This document shows, piece after piece, positions 56,001-64,000 of a stretch of 64,000 bases of DNA. The stretch's first letter is position 1; each line of letters starts with the position of its first letter. The notes below the pieces were generated by a model. That model saw only the letters and a list, made by a program, of their open reading frames with translations, had not been told where the DNA came from and did not search any database. Position numbers and translations under genes: made by a program. Source of the stretch: Octopus sinensis (Eukaryota); NCBI RefSeq assembly GCF_006345805.1, contig NC_043004.1, positions 107,074,001 through 107,138,000 of the forward strand. The letters are read 5' to 3'.

Positions 56001-56518
56001 ACAAAACTCTACTTGTGAAGACGTGATGAGGCAAGTGAGGATCAGAATCGAAATCGATCAATGGAAATTGCGGATGTGCTACCAGTGCCGGTGGCATGTC
56101 AAAACTCTGCTTGTGAAGACCCGTTGAGGCAAGTGACGATCAGAATCGAAATCGATCAATGGAAATCGATCAATGGAAATTGCAGATGTGTTACCAGTGC
56201 CGGTGGCATGTAAGAGAACTTTCCGTTTCGCGACCGTTGCCAGCCTCGCCTGGCCCTCGTGCCGGTGGCACATAAAAAGCACCATCCGTTCGTGGCCGTT
56301 TGCCAGCTCTGTCTGGCACCAGTGCGGGTGGCACGTAAAAAGCACCCACTACACTCACGGAGTGGTTGGCGTTAGGAAGGGCATCCAGCCGTAGAAACAC
56401 TGCCAGATTTGACTGGGCCTGATGAAGCCTTCTGGTTTCACAGACCCCAGTAGAACCGTCCAACCCATGCTAGCATGGAAAACGGACGCTAAACGATGAT
56501 GATGATGATGATGATGAT
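53029..56518 (+). mobile_element. RTE-clade LINE, 5'-truncated, young; antisense to ROCK
   Basis: Stop-free ORF, then a 3' UTR with internal repeats and a (GAT)n tail ending at 56518. The 5' junction directly follows an (AT)n run. Confidence 0.95.
53034..55931 (+). CDS. RTE ORF: APE endonuclease, reverse transcriptase and PHD-type Zn finger (965 aa)
   Basis: APE motifs GDFNGHVG, QIDYIL and QHRLV. RT motifs QFGF, DMEKAFDRV, GVHQGSVLSP, YADD (55011-55022) and FRYLG. C4HC3 finger at 55182-55313. The frame opens at C-C-M-Q-E-I-R-W, i.e. inside the APE N-terminus. Confidence 0.95.
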   Translation: MQEIRWRGGSARFLTGKERRYKIFWAGNTDGVGGVGILIAEKWVDKVIEVIRVCDRILKIRLVLHHSLATIISAYAPQSGLPDGQKDRFYDTLLQTTSLTNDRDLIFVAGDFNGHVGRHAGGFHGVHGGYGSRNEEGTRLLEFCDANNLMICNTNFRKPTSHLVTYQSGQHTSQIDYILTRQRERWLLINAKTFPGEECTPQHRLVVSDFRIRTRRTTRRRQIWRRRIWKLKDPANGQRFRDILLEASDEVEGDRASQGVEDSWTFLRDNLLRATDQICGWCKVPSRPRITWWWNNIVDRAIREKRQAWKVWKNGGSRGLYQTAKREARRQVYLARGEADKKKFANVLRREDQRLEVFRVARQCVRENRDVVGEKCVRMEDGSLALNEDAKREVWRCHYERLLNEENEWDKESLPNVDPTEGPAIRVDSSVVAKAIRSMKTGKAPGPSGITAEMLKMSGSVGYSLVTRIVNQVIHKGVIPNDWCSSIIVNCYKGKGDALDTNNYRGIKLLDQVMKVTERVIAQLIRERVSLDEMQFGFVPGKSTTDAIFLVRQLQEKYLAKDKPLYLAFVDMEKAFDRVPRSLIWWAMRKLGIDEWLVRAVRAMYRDAASRVRVGNVYSEEFRVEVGVHQGSVLSPLLFIIVLQAITEEFKTGCPWELLYADDLALIAESLSELEEKFQVWKQGLESKGLRVNLAKTKVVISRKVDKSQTPSGRWPCSICRKGVGRNSIRCTKCKLWTHKRCSNVKGRLTRKMVFVCGRCSGTINTENALRPTSVTFQGEKLEIVDSFRYLGDQVSSGGGCAESVTARVRIAWAKFRELLPLLVTKGLSHRVKGRLYDACVRTAMLHGSETWALTAEDMRKLARNEASMLRWVCNAGTHTRQSVSTLREKLDLRSISCGVQERRLRWYGHVARMDEDSCVKKCHTLAVEGTCGRGRPRKTWDEVVKHDLRTLGLTEEMTRDRQDK

Positions 56519-56722
56519 ATCTGTAAATGTAATATGTGACAATTATTCTTTAGCCAAGATAAAACTCTGAGTTTCGGATGCCGAGGTGGAAACTCAAAGT
56601 TTTATCATGGTTACCAAATAATTGTCACATATTACATTTACAGATAAATTCCTCTATTTACATAATATCGAGGTCTCTTTCATTCTTTTGTAGTCTTACC
56701 ATTTTTATCAATATATATATAT

Positions 56723-57020
56723 ATCATCATCATCATCGTTTAGCGTCCGTTTTCCATGCTAGCATGGGTTGGACGGTTCAACTGGGTTCTGTGAAGCCGG
56801 AAGGCTGCATCAGGCCCAGTCTGATCTGGCAGTGTTTCTACGGCTGGATGCCCTTCCTAACGCCAACCACTCCGTGAGTGTAGTGGGTGCTTTTTACGTG
56901 CCACCCGCACAGGTGTCAGACAGAGCTGGCAAACGGCCACGAACGGATGGTGCTTTTTATGTGCCACCGGCACGGGGTCCAGGCGAGGCTGGCAATGGAC
57001 ACAAACGGATGGTGCTTTTT
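56723..57020 (-). mobile_element. Second copy of the RTE 3' UTR/tail, inverted relative to the long copy
   Basis: Reverse complement closely matches 56237-56518; (ATC)n tail abuts an (AT)n run. Confidence 0.92.
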
Positions 57021-57027
57021 AGACACA

Positions 57028-57243
57028 AGAGGGTGCTGAAAAGTTCCTGAGTTTAAGAGTATTGTGAAAGGCCTGTTGGATGGCCTAACCTTCCAAGTTC
57101 TTTTACAGCACTTAGAAAAACTAAAGGACCACTGCAATAACTGTGTGAATCTGAGTGGAGAAAGTATTGAATAAAATCATAATTAACTGATCCTCCTGTA
57201 TTTTCTTTCACCCAAAGCCAGGAACATTTCAGTACCCGCTCCC
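57028..57243 (+). mobile_element. Mariner-derived MITE
   Basis: Imperfect inverted repeat GAGGGTGCTGAAAAGTTCCTG / CAGGAACATTTCAGTACCCGCTC; interior resembles a transposase C-terminus. Confidence 0.7.
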
Positions 57244-57292
<49 letters not shown>

Positions 57293-57293
<1 letters not shown>

Positions 57294-57640
57294 ATTGGGT
57301 CATGTGGGTTTTTTTCAATTACATGAACTAAAAGACGGAGAGGGATGGGATAAACTACCTGGATCAACTTGCCATAAAAGCAGGTAGTAATTTTACCTTG
57401 TCCCTATTCTTTGTGTAAGTTTTGAAGTATATGGGGATCAGACAATAAACGCAAGCCAGTGTCAACGGTGGTTCCAGAAATTCTGAGTCGGGAACTACAG
57501 CCTAGAAGACAAGGCTTGGTCCTGGAAGATCTGTACAGTTTGACAAGGACGTCCTGCAAAACCTGGTGGAACAAAATCCCATTGTAACTGTTGAGGAAGT
57601 AGCAGAGAAGCTGGGATTTGGTCATTTAACCATTCAACAA
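57293..57640 (+). mobile_element. 5' fragment of the same mariner family as 35973-37181
   Basis: Starts TATTGGGTCAT; the 5' UTR and helix-turn-helix (HTH) region align by eye with 35973-36420. Confidence 0.85.
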
Positions 57641-58150
57641 CAGCAACGAGCTTACGATCGTGAGGTTGTGAATTCGAATCCCGGATCACGCTGCATGTTG
57701 TGTTCTTGAGCAAGACACTTTATTTCACGTTGCTCCAGTTCACTCAGCTGTAGAAGTGATTTGTGATGTCACGGGTGCCAAGCTGTATCAGGGCCCCTTT
57801 GCCTTTCCCTTGAATAACACTGGTGGTGTGTAGAGGGGAGGCCGGTATGCATGGGTGACTCCTGGTCTTCCATAAAACAACCTTGCCCGGACTTGTGCCT
57901 GGGAGGGTAACTTTCTAGGCGCAATCCCATGGTCAGTCATGACTGAAGGGGTCTCAGCATATATATATATATACATACATAGTATATTTTTAAACGTCCT
58001 TTTATATTCCTTTTTATATATTACGTTCTATTATATTCTATATTTTTATATCTATACATATATATAATATTTTTATATTCTCTCTTTATATATTTTCCTT
58101 TTCTATTATATTCTATATTTTATGTCTATACATATAACATATTTTATATT

Positions 58151-58209
58151 AATACTTACTGATGATTCCTTTATATCCCCTTGATATTGTTGAAATATAT
58201 ATTAGTATT
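58151..58209 (+). ncRNA. Minimal type-I hammerhead-ribozyme-like motif with degenerate stem II
   Basis: AATACTTA-CTGATGA-[26 nt]-GAAA-TATA-TA-TTAGTATT. Confidence 0.55.
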
Positions 58210-58831
58210 TTTATTTTATTTATATTTCAAAATAAAAAAAAAGGGCATGTGTGTGTGTGTGTGTGTCTTGGTGTCTATGTTTGTTTCCCACTACCACTTG
58301 GCAACCAGTGTTGGTGTGTTTGTGTCCTCATAGCTTAGCAGTTCAGCAAAAGTGACTGAAAGAATAAGTACCAGGCTTAAAAAAAAAAAATACTGGAGTC
58401 AATTCAGCAGACTAAACATTCCTCAAGGCAGTGCCCCAGCATGGCCACAGTCTAATGAAACAAGTAAGATATAAAAGATACACACACACACACTTTCACT
58501 CTCCCAAAACACCAACACATCGAATCCATACTTAAAAACGTAGTCGTTGATGATAACAAGCCATAATGCAATAATGAAGCTATAGAGACGATGTATAGTT
58601 TCCATGTAAGCTACATTGATTCTTTCTAAGTTCAAAAAACAAAGACAGCCTCCTGTCCACTTATCCTCTTACCACCACTCTGATCTAACAACTGTCATGA
58701 AACAAGATCTGTCAATGTAATGCAATACAAGTTTACAATCCTTCAAGCATTTTCATTCTATTATTTTAAATAGTAACAACTAGTTGAATCAATGAAGCAT
58801 TAAAACAAAATACTTTACAATATTTAGTTAT

Positions 58832-58995
58832 AGGTGCCGACGTGGCTGTGTGGTAAAAAAAACCTTGCTTCCCAACCAAATGGTTCCAGGTTCAGTCCCA
58901 TTGTGTGGCACCTTGGGCAAGTGTCTTTTACTATAGCCTTGGGCCAACCAAAGCCCTGTGAGTGGATTTGGAAGATGGAAATTAAAAGAAGCCTG

Positions 58996-59048
<53 letters not shown>

Positions 59049-59236
59049 TTTGTTTGTCTCCCCACCATCGCTTTACAACTGATGTTGGTGTTTTTATGTC
59101 CCTGAAACGGTTCGGCAAAAGCAGCTGATAGAATAAGTACTAGGCTTACAAGGAATAAGTCCTGGGGTCGATTTCTTTGACTAAAGGTGGTGCTCCAGCA
59201 TGGCCACAGTCAAATGACTGAAACATGTAAAAGAGT
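58832..59236 (+). mobile_element. tRNA-derived SINE, family A, full-length copy
   Basis: Colinear with 3505-3930; long (TG)n in the middle. Confidence 0.88.
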
Positions 59237-59548
59237 ATATCAGTCTGAGTTCAAACCCCACTGAAGTCAACTCTGCCCTTTGTTCTCTGAGCAACGCAAT
59301 ATATTCAACTCTACTCTCCTGCTTATTAAACATCTGCTTTTATATGCTAGCATGGCCTGGATGGGAACTTATTTGAAGCAACACTTTGTAATTTGATACC
59401 CTTCCAGTTGTCAATGCTAACTTCTTTTTATTATTATTTCAACTGGTCTGCAAAAGTACAGAGTGACTGGGCATAATATCAACAAGATATGTAAGTATCA
59501 CATCACCATTTCATTCAGATGGTAACAAGTGAAATTATGGAATGTCAA

Positions 59549-59598
<50 letters not shown>

Positions 59599-59938
59599 GT
59601 ATTTTCATACAATTTTCACTTACCAATTTCACTAGCAAAGCATTACTTGACTTGAAGAAGACACTTGCTCAAGATGTTGTGCAGTGAGATTCAACCCAAA
59701 CACCATGTGGTTAAGAAGTGCATGTGCCCAGTGCCTCTGCTTGTGTGCAAGAGACAGAAAGAGTAAGTGTGTGTAAGCAAAGAACATGTGTGTGGAGATA
59801 AAAGCAGATAAGCATTTTTTGAGAAATAGATACCAATCCAACTGGTGTTAGTCTCCGACATGCTTGAATGCAGGAAACAAAAAATGACAAGCTACAAACC
59901 ACTTGACAGAAAAGACAACAGCAAATGTGTGTATACAG

Positions 59939-59974
<36 letters not shown>

Positions 59975-61900
59975 GCGCGCGTGTAGATAAAAATGGAGGT
60001 ATGATGAAGTCTGAAATCTAACACAACACCACCAAAACACACACAAGTAGAAATTCACTACTATGCACAAAAATATACACAGTGTCATTGCCGCATTCAT
60101 TACAATTATTCATATGCCCATACACACACACACAAATATGCTTTATATTCATATGAACATGAACAAAATGCACTTTTAGATTCTGACATATAAGCATAAA
60201 ACAAGGAGTGTGAGCTAGTACAACGGATGTGCTTGAGAAGCATATTGATAATAAAGTCACAGGCTGAGACGAAAGGACTTTGACAAATCAATTAATTCAT
60301 CTATATATTAAGTAATTGCCTAATTTACTGACACTACATTGGTTACAAGGATGAGGGTTGCAGTGAATCCAATCAACAGAACAGCGTGCACATGAAATTA
60401 ACATGCAAGCGGCTAAGCACTCCACAGACACACACGGTACCCTTAACAGAAGTTCTAAGGGGGATTCAGCATAACACAGACTGTGACAAGGCTGACCCTT
60501 TGAGTTACACTGTAAAATAAAGCATTTTGCTAAAGGACGCAAAGCGCCGCCAGATATTGAACTCACGACCTTACAATTGCGAGCAGAATGCCCTAGCCAC
60601 TAAGTCACATGCCTTCAAACATGCAGCTTAGTGGCTAGGGTGCTGAGACCCCCTTCAGTCATGACTGACCATGGGATTGTACTTAGAATGTTACCCTCCT
60701 AGTCACAAGTCCGGGCAAGGTTGTTTATGGAAGACCAGCAGTCACCCATGCATACCGGCCTCCCCCTCTCCATACCACCAGTGTTATCCAAGGGAAAGGC
60801 AAAGGCTGATACAGCTTGGCACCAGTGATGTTGCAACTCATTTCTACAGCTGAGTGAACTGGAACAATGTGAAATAAAATGTCTTGCTCAAGAACATAAC
60901 ACACAGCCCGATCCGGGGTTCAAACTCACAATCTCACGATTGTAAGCTCAATGCTCTAACCACTGAGCCATGCACCTTCACGGTGGCTAGGGTATTACCT
61001 AATTTATTGATAATAAAACTGAAGTGAAGCACTACCAGTGTATGTGTCCCCTTGGTAGTATGATCCTATATAAATGTAATGATCAAGAAATTGAACTTTA
61101 CCAAAAAGGGTTCAGGATACACGAACCAGTTTAAACTATGCCACCATAGAAGAACAGGCATAAAAATAAAAGATGAGAATAATAATAGAATCCTTGAAGA
61201 TGGTCAGAGCTTTTAACAAAAGTGGGGAAAAGCAAAACATAAATGTCAATGTATAAAATAAACATTAACCTTCATAAAGAAGAAGATGGGGGTAAAAACA
61301 CCAATTAATCTGACATCAACAGCCCAAAATTATTTTCCCCTTCCCAACCTCCACCACCAACAACATTGTATTCTCTGTAGAATCAACAGACAAACGAAAG
61401 CCAAGTCTTAAAGAAGGTGGGGCAGAATTAAGTTTCGGTGGAAATATATAATTAAATAAATAAATATAGAGAATGGTAAGCAAAGGTTAAGCATAACAGT
61501 TTCCACGTTTAAGAACATCAACAGATGGTATTCTCTTATGTGTAATAGTAGGTTATTTCATATGCCTGAGTATGTAAGAAGAAGAAGAGAAGATTGCTGT
61601 GAATTTCTTTCTTTATCCCATCACACAACGAAACAATAAAAGAAGGCAGCTGTTTGCGGAGGAATTAAAACAGATAGCAAAAAGTAATTTATTATGTTTA
61701 TGGCATCACAGCACAGAAATAGAACATTTGGCAATGATGGGATATTATTCACATCAACAAACGAGCAGCACACTTTGAAGGAAGTCACTGAAATATACAA
61801 TACATTTGATAGCAACTGTTTTTGCAGGACATTAGTTCTCTTCCCTTTTAACGTATCTCCCAAACCAAGACTGTCTGCATCAGGTATTTATTATTATAGC

Positions 61901-61962
<62 letters not shown>

Positions 61963-62746
61963 ACACAACCTGTTTTGGTTACTTTTATAAATGACTAAAA
62001 GGGTGTGGTTACTTAGATATTTGGGCTTTAGGGGAAGACAATAACTAAGCTATAAATGACCTGATCAGTTCAATGATTGGTCATCATTTATGTCATGTCA
62101 CTGCCGACTGTCACATGAATACAGACTATTAAATGACAGCAATTCATCTTTCCATAGAAATAGTTCAAATGGGTCACCTTCTCTTAAATGGGAGTAACCT
62201 TTTGTACAATGATATTCTATCTATTGCCCACCACCACTATTTTCATGACTGATTGAAACAGGCATTTCCACCATGACCATCCTATTCATCTTGTTTTGGG
62301 GGTTTTTTTTAAAGGCTTATTTTATGTATGACTATATTATCTAGTGTCATTTCTGCAAGACAGCACAAAGTGATTTCACAGAAATTTGGTTGCTATTTCT
62401 AGCAAATCGAATGACCATATAGAGGCACCCTTACCAGGTCAACTAATAATAGAAAGTCGATGTCTGCCATGTGGGTGAGAAGATCTAACCACAAATTTCA
62501 CTTCAAATAAAATTGCTTTACTCTAAAATCCTTTGACTAAAAATGATAGTCCCAAGTCTACAAAATAAACTTTACAACTAGACTGTCATAATTAACATTT
62601 CCATCTTAATAATTAGAATACCAATGTTGCTTTTTGTTTGATGAAGGACAAGTTTTTCTGGTGGAGGTCAGAATCAGCCCACAACACATCAAGCATTGTT
62701 CCTCATATGATGGAAAATGAAAATATTTGTTTCAGGCCACTTTTTG

Positions 62747-62789
<43 letters not shown>

Positions 62790-62794
<5 letters not shown>

Positions 62795-63308
62795 GGTAAC
62801 CATGTACCTCCTCATTAGCAAGACACCTATCTCTGTTTCTCTGTTACAATCTTACCTTTCATCATTTGATCCTGGATCACCTCCTCTAATGACCCCTCTG
62901 TTGTGGCAAGACACCTGCTTCTATCTCTCTGTCACACTCAAACATTCATCCTCAGACAAATGCCCTGCCCTTCTCATAGTTCCTTGTCTTGTGAGTTACT
63001 TGATTACCCTGCCAGTGCTGGTGCCACATTAAAAGCATTCAGTCCACACTGTAATGTGGTTGGTGTCTGGAAGGGCCTCCAGCTGTAAAAATCTTGCCAA
63101 AACTAACTTCACTTGTGTTAGTGCCATGTAAAAAACGCTGAGTCCAATCTGCAGAGTGGTTGGTGTTAGGAAGGGTATCCAGCTGTAAAATCCCTGCCGA
63201 AGCAGACACAGTAGGCTTGGATAGGTTTTCTACCTGGCCGGCTCCTGTCAACAGTCCTACCCATGCATGCATGCATGGAAGATGGACATTAATGGTGATG
63301 ATGATGAT
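62790..63308 (+). mobile_element. Old RTE-3'UTR-like element with (GAT)n tail
   Basis: GTGGTTGGTGTTAGGAAGGG and CATGGAAGATGGACATTAA-TGATGAT blocks are homologous to the RTE tail. Similar relics near 17710-18200, 33010-33450, 45185-45470 and 51258-51420. Confidence 0.75.
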
Positions 63309-64000
63309 TAACTAATACCATTTTTCTCTCGCCACAGATTTTATTTCTAATTAGGTAAGCACACTTAATGCATGGAGCATTGAAGTCAGAATAAGCCCAA
63401 AATATGTCCAGAGTTGTCACTCAACAACATCAATTAATGCCCACTTTTCCATGCTGGCATGGATCAGACAGAGTTTACTGAGGCAGGTTTTCTACAGCTG
63501 GATTCCAGATGCGCTTCCTATTGTTTCTCCATGGCCAGATATGTTTCTGCAAGATATTGGAATGAATGACACTGCTTGTATAACAGTGACACTCATTTAC
63601 AACTATAACATGATGTCAAGATAAGGAGTCACAAACAATATACTCACTCTCTCTCTCCCCTAACACACACAATGGGCTTCTTTCAGTTTCCACTTACCAA
63701 ATCATATACGATCAAAAATGAAAATATTAGTCATTAACAAATATTTTTCCTTCATCACAAATTCTATTTCTAATTAGGTAAAGTTAGTTTTAACATATTT
63801 ATTACACGGAGCATTAAAAACTTATTTACTTTTGAATATCTGATACCCAACACCTATCAAATGCATGCTATAAGAAGATAGTCCATTATCCAGCTCACAC
63901 TGCAGTACCTGTTTCCACTATCATGCTGTTTCTATTATATTTATGACTCACTATCCTACTGACTTGCTTAAACTTCTTTATCATTCCTTTTGGTTAGCTA

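Noticed and set aside
53310-56002. Minus-strand ORFs overlapping the RTE
   Set aside because: Shadow ORFs of a GC-richer coding region, with no motifs.
58423-58635. Minus-strand ORF with a hydrophobic stretch as a ROCK or nested-gene exon
   Set aside because: No recognisable homology or convincing donor; it runs into a (TG)n tract and a SINE.
59480-59500. Plus-strand GTAAGT donor suggesting an antisense gene (also at 20506 and 21145)
   Set aside because: Isolated donor motifs without a matching acceptor or coding frame.
45060-64000. ROCK exons 1-2 (N-terminal capped-helix-bundle region)
   Set aside because: I found no segment encoding the expected D(G/S)LxALVxD...NFLxR peptide with a phase-1 donor. 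They are probably beyond the window, though a manual miss is possible.

Overview
AT-rich animal genomic DNA, dense in microsatellites and transposons. The repeat families suggest a coleoid cephalopod, probably Octopus (inference). The window lies inside one minus-strand gene, Rho-associated coiled-coil kinase (ROCK). I read 19 GT-AG coding exons by hand between 45059 and 2080. They total 2213 nt and join into one open frame: 2 nt plus 737 codons, covering the whole kinase domain, the AGC C-terminal extension and the first part of the coiled coil. The first exons and the RBD/PH C-terminus were not found and probably lie outside the window. The introns hold a young, 5'-truncated RTE LINE with an unbroken 965-aa ORF carrying a PHD-type finger, plus mariner/Tc1 relics, hAT, TA and TTAA MITEs, modular tRNA-derived SINEs, other LINE relics and a Penelope GIY-YIG relic split by a SINE. 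The most interesting signals are minimal hammerhead-ribozyme relics, a nested giant hairpin at the RTE 3' end, an inverted duplication of host DNA around a transposase relic, and a repeat-free intronic island with splice signals that could give kinase-less or truncated ROCK isoforms. All calls come from manual reading; no database searches were run.
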